From: Thraustochytrium aureum
Taxonomy: Eukaryota
DNA: 41,754 bases
Assembly: GCA_012862495.1 (NCBI GenBank)
Contig: BLSG01000106.1
Location: 1 to 41,754, forward strand
Reading direction: 5' to 3'
Within the stretch, counting starts at the first letter, position 1. Each line of letters begins with the position of its first letter. The translations under genes and the position numbers were made by a program. The notes under the pieces were generated by a model. It ran no database searches. It saw only the letters and a program-made list of their open reading frames with translations, and was not told the DNA's origin. Shown here piece after piece: positions 18,600-30,392 of the stretch.

Positions 18600-21468
18600 A
18601 TGAGCCTGCGCGACGAGGAGCAGAAGAGCCAGTCGACGGAGGACGACCGTGGAAGGCCTAGCACGGCGGATTTGCTGCACGATAAAATGCGGCGGAGAGC
18701 GAGCTCGACCGGATCGCGGCCAAGCACGCTCCAGTCGGAGAGGGCGGCGTCGCAGCGCGCGCCTTGCTGCCTCTGCATTTCCATGTCTGCTGCAAGACGT
18801 GGTGACAGCGAAGGAAAGAGCGGCCCCACTGGGTTTGTACGGATGGATAGCCAACGTGGTTGCGTCTCGTACGAGGAGACCGGTGCAGGGACGTCAGCCG
18901 CGGCAGGCGGAGTGCAGCTCGCCGTCAGCGCAGACGAGGCCTTCCACGCAGGCTCTACAAAACTGCTGTTTTCAAGATGTATCGAGCCCGCATGCTCGAC
19001 CGTCTCCGCCGGAGGGTGCGCCTCGGTGCTCGGTCTCGACGCAGAACTCGACATTGTTGTGCTCGCCGGCCAGGCGCTGCTTGAAACGCAACAGCTCCTG
19101 CACGGTCTCTCCCAGCAGTTTGAGGCAAATGGCGCGGACAGAGACGGCGCGATTGGCCTCTGCGTCTCCTGGGCGCAGGTGCTCACGGATGGGACCATGA
19201 TAGACGTGCTCTCGTCCATCGCCAGTGGCGAACGGAAGGCTGCGACTAAAATTCGCGTGGCAGACGACAAGGGGGCAGTCCCCTCAACTAGTGCAACGCC
19301 CGTTCTCGAGGTTAAAGTAGAGTCGGTGCTCGACCTTCTCCAGCTCGTCGAGAGGGTGCAGCGCGAGTCAGCGCGAGGGGTCGCGGTTTCCAACGCACCC
19401 TCGCACCAGGTGATCACCATGTCGAGACTTGGCAGACCGACCGCCTCGGATGCCCCCATAGGACGTCTCCAGCTTGTGTTTGCAGACCCGCGCGAGCCCG
19501 AGCACCTAAACCGCCTCAACGACATCCTGGACTCGCTCGAACAGCAGCGACCTTCTCCGCAGTTCCACAACTCGAAAATGTCGCTGCTGCTGCGGGACGC
19601 ACTGCTGGGACTGGAGCAGCTTGTAGTCGTCGGGACGCTGCGCTGCGGCCCGCCAAGCGGCGCGCGCGCGCAAGTCGAGAATGCAGACGTCGCCGTCCTA
19701 GTCCTTGGCCTTGTGGCCCGATTCGACCAGGTTCGCGGCGGGGACAAGGCCCGAAACCACCGACGAAGATCGGATGCCAGCATATTTCGAGCGCACCCGA
19801 TCGACGTTCACCAGCCGGCCGAAGCGCCATCCTCCGCTGTGAGGCTGGAACGCCCACGAACGGCTCCAGCTGCTGCGCGGCAGGAGCGGCTCCCTGCAGA
19901 ATCGGTCGAAGAACAGCTGCAGCCCCCTGCAGGAGCCCGCCGGGCTCCCCAGCGCAGAGCCCACCTCAGTTCGAAAGCCGCATGCGGGTCGCCGAAAGGC
20001 CGCCCGCTGTTCAACTTGACCCCTTTTGGATTAAGGCGCGCGAACGTGGTGCAGTCCTCGCGGCCGCTCTGCGCACAAACGTGCCTGCCCACTTGCACAG
20101 CGAGATGCAGAGCTGGGCAAGTTCGGTGCTGGACGCGGCCTCGAGGATGACATCCCGGCAGCTGGTCTTCAGGACGACATCGCGTTCTTGAATAATGAGA
20201 ATTTGGGCCTCGTCGAGGCCAACCAAGGCCAGCGCGCCGAGATTCAAGCCCTTGAAGCCAGGCTCGGCGCCCTCGAACGCGAAAACACGCGGCTGAGCCA
20301 AGCGGCCAGCATTGCCGGCGTCGCAGGCATGGACCTGTTCGCGCCGACGATTTCGCCGTTCGGCCTGCCCGAGCCCAACGCTGATTGGCAAGAACAAGGC
20401 GACGCGGATGGGCCAGGCGGGTTGCGAGGTGCGCTTCGTCGAGCTCGCCAAGAGATTCGCGACTTTGGCCTGTACAAGGACGTCATGGAGACAACCGTTG
20501 TGCGCCTCCAGAACGAAATGAACGCTGTCATCGCAGAGCGCGAGGCCGCGATACAAGAGGCAAAGAAAGCGCAATCTCAAGCACGGCGCGAGCAGAAATC
20601 CGCCAACGAGCAGAATCGCTACGTCAAGGACCTTTCAGAGCGTCTCGCCCAAACGCTGCACGATTGCAGGCTGCGCAGCTGGAGCCGAGGCCTTGCGTGA
20701 CGGCCAGAACAAGCTCTCTGCGCGTGCGCGTCGCGACAGGGCCGACCTTGACCTCGCGCGTGCACGGACACAGCAGCTCGAGGCCCGAGTGTTGGAGCTC
20801 GAAGCGCAGCTCTCCGAGTTGCCTGCCAAGCTGGAGGCCAGGGCCTCGCATCAACTTTTGGTTTTGCAGCGCAAGCTCCAAAACGCGACCGAGCTCAACC
20901 GCTCGCTCCTAGAGGGCGACGCGCAAGTCGAGACGACGCGTAAGGTCAACCCACACGCAGGAAATGCGCCAGACCAGGGCGAAGAGCACCTGCTGCGGTA
21001 CGACAGCGCAAAGCAGCATGACGCGCGCGATCTTGACCAAGGCCTAACGGAGCTAGTGCAGGCGCTGCGGGAGAACCGCGTGCACTTGGAAGACGAGGGC
21101 GCTGTAGAGCGACCGCGTCGGCGCTCCAGCATCTCGAGAGAGTCGTTCACCAAGACTCTGCTAGAGGGGCTCAAGGCGAGGCGCCAGCACCGCCGAGACT
21201 CACGCAGTCGGCGGACCTCAGTCTGCCGTCTGGTGTGCCGAGAGCCCAGCCTGAGATGGTGCGCCGTTCCTCGGAACCGGTTTCGCCGCAGCCGCACGAC
21301 CGCACCCCGCCGAGAGCCCCAACGACGAAGGCAGCGGGTGCGGTGACCGTCGAAGCCAGCGCGCATCGTGTTCGCGCGGCGACCGACCCTTCGCCTCGCA
21401 ATAAACCATTTAGGATGCAGCAGCGACCGCAGTGGGGCGTCGGGCCAGGCAAGCGGTTGTTCTCATAG
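18600..21468 (+). CDS. Divergent kinesin-fold protein with coiled-coil stalk (several 1-bp frameshifts; true start may lie before or in the gap)
   Basis: Kinesin scaffold motifs VSWAQVLTDGTMIDVL, EVKVESVLDLLQLV, SHQVITM, GRLQLV and FHNSKMSLLLRDALLG in 18765-19733. Coiled-coil ORFs 20188..20700, 20693..21346 and 21235..21468 join with single-base additions. Confidence 0.7.
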
Positions 21469-21862
21469 CAAGCGGAACTGCATTTCTGGTCTGGTTTGGG
21501 GCTCATGGGCTAATAGATTGACGATGGCCAGCCGGCAGGCGCCATCGCGAAAGGTGTAAACGGTGTCAGTTGTCGCAGTATTCTCCTGCGGAAGAGCGAG
21601 CTTTTTGGTTTGCCACGGTTGCAGACAGCCTGAGGTTGGTTGGAACGTTGCGCGGTGACAGACAGCGATGTCCGTGACGAGCTTCGACAGCGGGATACCG
21701 GAAAAGCAAGTTGTTGACAAAGTGTACGTCCCAAAAGATAAACAAGAGATGCCAGGTCGGGTCGCGACTCGCAAGCAAAGCAAGGGCTCGATCGTCCGGA
21801 CGCCCCATGTCCCAAGCTGCGAGGTCCTAGGCGAGGTCGTGGCGAGGTCGCCGGCTCGCAGC

Positions 21863-21868
21863 AAAAAA
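21863..21868 (-). terminator. RNA polymerase III terminator (T6) of tRNA-Thr
   Basis: TTTTTT on the minus strand 5 nt after the tRNA discriminator base. Confidence 0.75.
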
Positions 21869-21873
21869 GGAAT

Positions 21874-21946
21874 TGCTCCTGTGCGGAATCGAACCACAGA
21901 CCTCACGCTTACTAAACGTGTGCTCTACCAACTGAGCTACAGGAGC
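21874..21946 (-). tRNA. trnT: tRNA-Thr(AGT)
   Basis: GCTCCTGTAGCTCAGTTGGTAGAGCACACGTTTAGTAAGCGTGAGGTCTGTGGTTCGATTCCGCACAGGAGCA folds as a cloverleaf with anticodon arm CACGT-TTAGTAA-GCGTG and T-loop TTCGATT. No encoded CCA. Confidence 0.97.
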
Positions 21947-23134
21947 TTGCGAGTTTTTCACCATTTGGTTGTGAGGAAGAAATTTGTAGTAGTATAAGAA
22001 GCTGCATCGCAGCCCGGTCCAAGCACTTTTTTTTTCGAGGTTATTTTGTACGTTGGGGATGTCGTGATTGATCTGCTGCACGCGAGCTCTTGTAGTTCTG
22101 CGGCGGGCAGAGTAAGCGAGTCATTGAAGTAGGCTTGCTTGTGGTTGAAGTAGGCTTGTGGTCAGGTTGAGATCCCGAGTTTTGGATTGAGGGCTTGTGC
22201 ATGGCGGCTTGTTGCGTGTTTCAATTGAGGGCTGGTGCTCGGCTCCAAGTGCTTCATGAACAAGACGAGGCTTTCGTCAGATCATGTCGACCTCGTCTTT
22301 CGTTTTGATCATGTCGAAGCTTCTCAGCTCGCCGTTTGTTGTTGCGGAACACCAAAACNNNNNNNNNNNNNNNNNNNNNNNNNNNNNNNNNNNNNNNNNN
22401 NNNNNNNNNNNNNNNNNNNNNNNNNNNNNNNNNNNNNNNNNNNNNNNNNNNNNNNNNNNNNNNNNNNNNNNNNNNNNNNNNNNNNNNNNNNNNNNNNNNN
22501 NNNNNNNNNNNNNNNNNNNNNNNNNNNNNNNNNNNNNNNNNNNNNNNNNNNNNNNNNNNNNNNNNNNNNNNNNNNNNNNNNNNNNNNNNNNNNNNNNNNN
22601 NNNNNNNNNNNNNNNNNNNNNNNNNNNNNNNNNNNNNNNNNNNNNNNNNNNNNNNNNNNNNNNNNNNNNNNNNNNNNNNNNNNNNNNNNNNNNNNNNNNN
22701 NNNNNNNNNNNNNNNNNNNNNNNNNNNNNNNNNNNNNNNNNNNNNNNNNNNNNNNNNNNNNNNNNNNNNNNNNNNNNNNNNNNNNNNNNNNNNNNNNNNN
22801 NNNNNNNNNNNNNNNNNNNNNNNNNNNNNNNNNNNNNNNNNNNNNNNNNNNNNNNNNNNNNNNNNNNNNNNNNNNNNNNNNNNNNNNNNNNNNNNNNNNN
22901 NNNNNNNNNNNNNNNNNNNNNNNNNNNNNNNNNNNNNNNNNNNNNNNNNNNNNNNNNNNNNNNNNNNNNNNNNNNNNNNNNNNNNNNNNNNNNNNNNNNN
23001 NNNNNNNNNNNNNNNNNNNNNNNNNNNNNNNNNNNNNNNNNNNNNNNNNNNNNNNNNNNNNNNNNNNNNNNNNNNNNNNNNNNNNNNNNNNNNNNNNNNN
23101 NNNNNNNNNNNNNNNNNNNNNNNNNNNNNNNNNN

Positions 23135-26100
23135 GGATGATATCGATGAGCGCCTCGAGCCTGTCAGCAAGTGGCACTTGCTGCTGCTGTAAATGAGCGT
23201 CTCGCGGCTGGGGTCGCGGTCGAACGAGAGGAGGCACAAGTCCTCGGCAGCCACATACGTGCTCAGCTCTTCTGTCTGCTCGCTCTCGCTCTGGTCCTTG
23301 TCGAGCAGGAAGGCCGCGTCGCGCACAAACTGGAAGAATTGCACTGGCGTTTCCGTGCCAACCATTGCCAGGTGCGTTTCGCTCGGAAGGAAAGTCATAT
23401 CAGCAAGGTGGGCGATGGCGTGCAGGAAGCGACCAAAACTCAGGGACACGGCTCGCTCCCAGTCCTGCAATGCGTCCGGCTCGCAGCGAAGCGCAAGCGC
23501 AAACGCCTTGAGCCGGGCTTGGTGCGCGACGCAGCCCATGAGCGGCGCGGAATCCAGCATGCTGAGCCAGTCCGGCAGCGATACGCGCAGTCGCCTCGCC
23601 CCGCCAAACTCCTTAGAGCGCGGGTGGGATCCCGAGAACTCGACGAAAAGCGCGTGGAGCGACTCGGCCCGCGAGACAAAGGTCTCCAGCACTGCGAGAT
23701 TGTGCATCCGATTGATTCCCAAGTTTGCTGCGTCAAGTAGCGGCTCCGCCACGAGCACCGACAGGTCGTCTTGGAACAGCGCCTGGAACGCGCCGCTTGC
23801 TGGTAGGTCCGGGTAGCGCACGCGCGCTACGCGAAGCAAGCATGCCACAAACTCAAAGCGGTGGAGCGCCATGACACCCTTGTTGAGCGAGCAGCACACG
23901 TTGCCCTCAAAGTACGCGTGGAGCGGGTGGTCGGGTGAGCGGTGCTGGCTGTTGCCCACCGTCGAGACAAAGGCAAGCTCGTACCGCTTGCGCATCACCA
24001 TCGGGGTGGAGTCGTTGACTAGCCCGCAGTCGCTCAGCATTTTGTTGAATCGGCTCTGCTTTAGCATGATGAGCGAGTGCGTTTCAAAGAGGTCATCACG
24101 CGTGTGGTCGTGCGCGCGCTCCGCCGAGTAAAAACGGAAGAGCCCGATCACCAAGCTAGACTGCTCCGCAAGCACGTCAAAGCAGCGGGTCCGCTCTTCC
24201 TCGCTCGGAACGAGGCGCTCAAGCGCCCCAGAAAGCTCACGCCAGTCAACGCCAAGGCAAGCTTGGTCTCCCTTTTGCGTGCTAAAAACCTCGTCTTGGC
24301 CTGCGTGCTGCTCGAATTCCGCCAGCACGGCTCGCTGGGCCTCCGAGCCCGCCCCGTTCGAGCCCGCGCGGAGCGTTGCAAGCTCCTCTGCGTTTAAAAG
24401 AAGCGTGCTCGCTCGGTTTCGTCGCCGGCGCCGCCGCGTGCGGAGCGCCTCGCTGTCTTCTGTCTCCGTCGGCTCCTCGGCGCCAGACTTTGCGCAAAAG
24501 AAGACGTGAGGGTTGTCGTCCTCGTGGTCTTGAACAATCCCGAGTTGCCGCCCAAGGTGTCCTAAGAGCGGGTGACATTTGACGCATAGCGGCGGCGGCC
24601 CCGGCGTGACCGCAACCGACCCAGTCCTCACAGTGGGGGTCATCAGGTCAAAGTGTCCGACATCCTCGACCCTGGTCGCTTGCTGGGACTCAGCGCTGTC
24701 GGTCGCCAGCTGGCTGAATCGAACGAGAAGAGAACTCAGAGGCTCGCCTGGGATTCGCTCAAAGCGCCTCATGCTGCAAACATCCTCCACGGTCAATGGC
24801 TCGAGCACGTCCGCAAGAACAGTCTCAAAAATACGCGACCGCTCCGGCTCGACGGGGATCTGCGGCTCTGCGGCTTTGAGAAACAGGTGGAACTCCTTTC
24901 CATCGGGGGCCGTGTACGTAGGGAGCTCTTTTAGCACGTTGATTCCGTGCTTGTCAAACTTTGACAGCGACTGGGCCCAAAACTCGTCCCTCTGCGTCGG
25001 GTCCTCGTCGAGGTACTTTTGAAAGGATGCATTTGCAGCGCCCTGGCCCTGCTTGAACACGAAAACCGGTCCGCCCAGTGCGCCGCCCCCCGGCAAAGCT
25101 CGGCCCAAAGGCAGAAGCGAGTCGGCAGGCTTGCAGAATGTGTCGAACTGGGAGACGCGATCGCGGAACAGAAGCGGCTCAAGCTGCACCTTGTATGCGC
25201 CTTTCGTCCGCGGGGTCGACGAGATGTGAATCCCGCGTACCGCCGGCGCAAACGTGGTGCGCTTTTGCGGGCGCTTTATGTATTCGTATTCAACACCGCG
25301 CATTTCTGCCTGGTACAGTCTTGTCCCGTTGCACGGGTGCCGTCTCAGTGGGACGAGGATTTCGTGGGCGAGCTCACGCGTTCGCGGGTCCACAGCTTCG
25401 TCCATCGCAAGCCGCAACAACGTGGCGAATCCACCATTCGCGCTCATGAGCTCTTGGTGAAGATGCGAGGTCGTGAGCCTGCGCAAGGCCAGAGCTGCGC
25501 AATGCTGCACGTCGCGCGACTCGTGCCGGGCAAGCGTGAGCAACGCGGGGATTCCGTCTGCTTTGGCTATGCTCGAGCTGTCCTCAAGGCCCTTGCCAGT
25601 AAAAAGCATCGCCAGACGCATGAAAAGCTGGGCTGCGGTGGCTTGCAGCTCTGGGGACTGGGCCATTTGCGTGACCATCATCGCAAACCGGACTTGGTAG
25701 AACATCCGCGGCCGTCCAAACACCCAGGCGTTGCTCTTCTCCCACGCGTCGCGCTGCCCAGGCTGCTTTCTTCGGCTTTTCCACGTCGCGCCTCGGCCCC
25801 TCTCGTCGCCGTCACAGTCTTCGGCGTCCGTCTCGTCGTCGTCGTCGTCGTCGTCTTCCTCGTCGTCGTCTTCCTCGTCAGACTCGGAGTGCTCGTTGTT
25901 GCCAGAGGCCTGCGCTGATGCACCACTTGGCTTTTCAGTGCCTTCTTCGCTGCCTTCGACGACCTGGTCGGCCTCGTCCTCGTCCGAGGCGTCCGAGTCT
26001 TCATCACCACTTCCTCGAGGACGCGTTAGCTCCACATACTCGCGCTCGAACAGAAGCTCCCAAAGCAGCCAGACCGCGATCCGCTTTGTGGCAAAGTCGA

Positions 26101-29100
26101 ATCGATGAGAAAAGCCAACGAAAAAGAGCTCGGCAACGACGTCCTTGGCGAAGAGCGTCTCAAACATCACCGAGCGCTGCTCGTCGTGATCGCGCCTCAT
26201 CTCCTTTCTGCGCTGGCGGTCTGCACTGCGCTGCAAGCGCTCGAGCTTGCGAAATGTCTTGCGACTGCCAGGGATCTCGTCGAGCTCGAGGCAGGTTTCT
26301 TCTTTGGCTTGGAGTTCCTTTCGCTTAGCACGGTCTGCGATTTGGCTGGTGCGTAGCTTTTCGAGCTCGGCGGCTTGGTTTGCTTCAAGACGCTCTTTGC
26401 TTATGCGAAAGAGGTCGGCCAGCATCCCCAAGAGGATGCGCACCCTGCTTGCCACTGCAAGCGAGATGCGCCTGACTTGAAACGGCCCCAACCCGTCGGC
26501 GTGGTCCTCATCGCCACACCTTGGCCGCAATGAGCCCGAAGCGCCGGCACCGCCTAGGTGGCTATCCGGGTCGTCGTCTTGGTTTGAGGCCTGCGTTTTG
26601 GGCCCCACTAGTCCTCCTGCTGCTGCTGCTGCTGCTCCTGCTGCTGCTCCTGAGGAGGCGGTCCCAAGGGGCGCAAGAAACCTGTTGCGGTGCACCTCCT
26701 GGCGCTCTTCGAAGGCAACAAATGCGGCCACTGCATCGCGTTGGGTTTCGTAAAACCCTATTATGGAGCTCGCTCCGCGGAGTTTCCGAGGCTGCGCTGA
26801 AGAGGTCTCCAAGATTGAGCGCTTGAAGGAGACGGCCGACCACATCTGGACTTCCTTTTCGAACGAGACGTTTAGCAGCGCGCTTGAAGGCACTGCGCCG
26901 CTCGACTCGTAGTCACAGTACTTTGCAGCCGTGGCGCGCAAGTGCGAGCAGTTTCCACCAAGGTGGGCAACCATGATGTTGCCGAGCTCGTGGAGGTGGT
27001 CCGCGGGTCCCACCCACCCGCGTGCCATGCGCCATATCACAAGGGCCACAAGCTCGAAAAAGGGCTTGAACATGTCCATCGACACGTTGCTCAGCGCCCT
27101 CATGACGATGTCAAAGTTGTCTGCGTGGCCACTGAGCTGCCTCAGGATTTCAGCGGAGAACGCTGATGCGTGCTCGGATCCTCCAGACGACTCTTCTCCT
27201 TCTCCACCTGCGCTGGACGCTTGCGAAACTCGTTCTTGCGTTTCGACACTCTCTCGGCTCCCTTTCCTTGCACCTTTGCTTGGGCTGTGCAAAGCAACCC
27301 GCGTCTGCTCCTCGAGCGCGTCCTTGGACTCGGTGTCTCGTTCCTCGCGGGGAATGCTGCACACCTCGCTGACCTTTGTTCCAGACGGGTCCAACGGCGA
27401 CAGGCTACTTGACTCCTCCTTTTCCTCGCGCTTCTCGCGCGATGCGTCACAAGAATCGCTCAGTGGTTCACGCGGCTCGGTGGGGGCGTCGGCGTCGCTC
27501 CCCTTGTCGCTCGAGTTGACCTCAATAATCGTCCCGCCCGAACTGATCTGGGCGGCGTCACCGACTGCGACCCCATACAAGACGCAGAGGAGCGCGTTGC
27601 GGGCGTCGCCTTGCGAAGACTGAAGCAGCCCCAGCAATAGCGAGACCGAAAAGGCGTGCACGTTTGGCGAGAGCGCGAGCAGCAAAGCTGCCTTGCTTGC
27701 CACAAAGAGCGTCGGCTTGTCCCTGATGTAGTGGCGCATCATGTTGAGGACCACCGCGAGCGCGCCGTGTGCGTTGAGCATCTCACATGCCTCTGCGGTC
27801 TCGAACGCTCTCGACAGGATTGCTCGCGTGATGTCTGGGACACTGTGGCACAAGCGGAGGCGAGACAGGACAAGCCGGCTGACTTGATCTGGAATCGGGT
27901 CCAGCGTGTCGAAGAGCTCAAGCAGAGCGAACGTGGCCTTAATTTGGTTGTCCGGGCGCCCAGTTCCGTACGCCACTGACAAAAGTCGCAGCACGGCAGC
28001 AAGCATGCCCTCAGGAAGCGTGGGCGCCTGCCGGCCGCGAACCCAGAACGCGACCCCGCAGCAGCAAGCTTGCAAAAGCAGGTCGAGATACTCGCGCTTC
28101 TTTTTCGTGGTCTCGTCGCGCGGATCCCGGCCGGCTCCAGCTGCCTCCACATAGGCAAGCATTCCAACATCCACGAGCGCGCGAAGCACGTCGGGGCTGC
28201 CGAATCCGCTCCCACCTGGAAAGGCTTGGCCGAACTGGACCAAGACACAGACCGTTGGCAAGATGCCCAGCACGCCCGCTTCCGGCTTCGAAAGCTCCAC
28301 CAGCCGCTCGAAGGCGCATGGGCGCACGCCTCCGGACTCTAGCATTGCTGAAACCGCAGACATCGAGGCAGGCCAGAGCCCTGCCAGAACAGCGACGCCA
28401 ACGCGGCGCATATCTTCACTGGTGTCGTCGCTCTCGAGCGCAAGTTCGACGAGCGCCTCAATGCCCCGAGAGCAGGAGAGCATACTGCGTCCCTCGGGTG
28501 TGCAAGCAAACGAGGCCAGCAGACCCAAGGAATACTTGGAATGGCGGGCAAAGGCCGAGAGTGCTGCGTCTACGACTCGCAACTCGTGCAAGAGCACCTC
28601 GCGAACGAGCGCAGACCGCGTACAAAGTGCCCACAGAGCGCCAACGGCAATGCCCTGAGGTGCGCTGGCAGCATCGTCGGCACCTGTGTCCTCTGCACAG
28701 AGTTCAACGAGCGCGTCCAGAACTTGGACGTTCGCCAAGAGCCGCGACTCGTCAAAGTCAGCCCCGCAGCAAAGCTGCCAGAGCCCGAGTGGAAGCTTTG
28801 CGTCGCGGCACTCGGCAAGGTCGTCCAAAATGCGCTGCAAAGATCGACGCTTCCGCTCGCGCGCCGACCACGTGTGACGTTGCAGAACGCACTGCAGGTA
28901 CCCACTCGTGATGACTTTTTCGCGCCTGTTCATTCGCGGATAATATATCCACAGCTCTACCTCGCTCTCAAGGAGCCGGCCGCACCGGTAGCCAAGCTCC
29001 CTCGAGTATAGCTCGAAGAGTTCGTCGATCTGGCACAGCTGCGCGTCGAGCAGGGCGCCTGGGCTCCCAAAGGCCTCGAGGACGGCTTGGGACCCGGCCG

Positions 29101-29564
29101 AGTGGCTCGAGCTCCCGCTTATGAGAGCCAGAGCCTTGGATCTCTGGCGGATGCGCCATAGTACTTTCTTTGCAGCAACGCGAAAACGCTCCCGCCCGTG
29201 CAACGCGCTTCGCTGCGTGCTCTCAGCGTCTTCGACCGTGTCGCCACTATTATGTTGCGTTTGATCTTCGTCGTCTGCCCTCCACGAGGCCGGCGAAGCG
29301 CACGCTACTTCTCCTTGCGCGCTTTGGGATGTTCTTTCCTTCGCGTGGGCTTTGGTCGGCGTCCTCGTCCTCGTCCTCGCCCGGCTCCTGCGCGGGCTGC
29401 TTTGGTGCTGCAATGTTTGGCCTTTTCTTGATGGTTGCGCCCGTCGTGCGAACAAACCCGACGCGCACAAGCGTGCGCACCTCTTCAACGCCCATGTCCT
29501 CTCGCCGGCGCACGCTTCCTAGGCGCGTGCGCGTTCGCAGCCTTGCTGCGGCGACGCCGTCCAT
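23135..29564 (-). CDS. Large (>2100 aa) armadillo/HEAT-repeat-like protein with helical EF-hand-like C-terminal region; 3' end in gap
   Basis: Long ORF with ARM-like units (GIPALLTLARHESRDVQHCAALALRRL; GIEALVELAL), an acidic stretch, and C-terminal LHRFEFVACLLRVA...SLSFGRFLHAIAHLAD. The N-terminus is probably in ORF 29250..29564 via a frameshift near 29280, with another shift near 23210. Confidence 0.75.
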
Positions 29565-30392
29565 GCTTGCCCGAGGTCTTCGCAGCTGCCGTCGCCAGTC
29601 TCTGCCCGGCTCTGCTGCCGCAGGCCAGTCTCGCTGCCGCTACAGCACAGTTGTGTCCACCCTCTGCTGGTGCCAGGAGCGCCTGCTCGCATGCCAAACA
29701 ACAGCAAGGGTCACGTACGCATGCACTTCAACCGCATTGAACGGCTTGGTGTGCCGCCTCACGTCGATCGACCTCGCACCAAGCTCGGCCAATCCAACGA
29801 GGAGGTTCCACCCAGCAATGCTGCCGAGTGCCCGATGCAGCGCAGCGCCGTGGCGGGGCGCAGCGGGACGGTGGACGCCGGCCTCGAGGTCAAAAAATTG
29901 GCGCCGTGAAAACCTCGAAAAAAAGTGTCGGTTGAGCAGGGCGGACTTTTTTTTGGCTTCCATTTCGAGGAGTGACCCTCACCGCATCGAGGCGCTGCTC
30001 ACGACCGTAGCGACCCCAGAGCGGCGCCACGGGGCCGGCGAAGTCAGTGCGGGAGTGTGGCTTTGGCTGCGCGGCGTTTGCGGCGGGTCGCACGAGGATT
30101 TCGCGGAGAAGTGCGCTTCGAGGGTTGACCAACTCGACGACAACCTCCAAACGCCGACGAACGCAAGGCGGCGGCAGTCGCGGAGCGAGCTCTTCCAGAC
30201 CGCAGAGCGCGTCGGCAATGCCGGTGGCGCTGCAGCGGGGACCAGGGCTCGAAGGAAAGACAAGCCGACGGCGACGTGGAGAAGAATGAGCCGGCACGCC
30301 GCGGTCGCCGTGCGACGTGAGGTCCGGGACGGGGCAGCAAGTCTCCAGCCGGAAGACGCAGAGCGCGAGTCGAGATCCCACAAGAGTCTACC

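Noticed and set aside
3903..23134. Long ORFs made mostly of X residues
   Set aside because: Artefacts of translating through N-gaps; frame across gaps is not meaningful.
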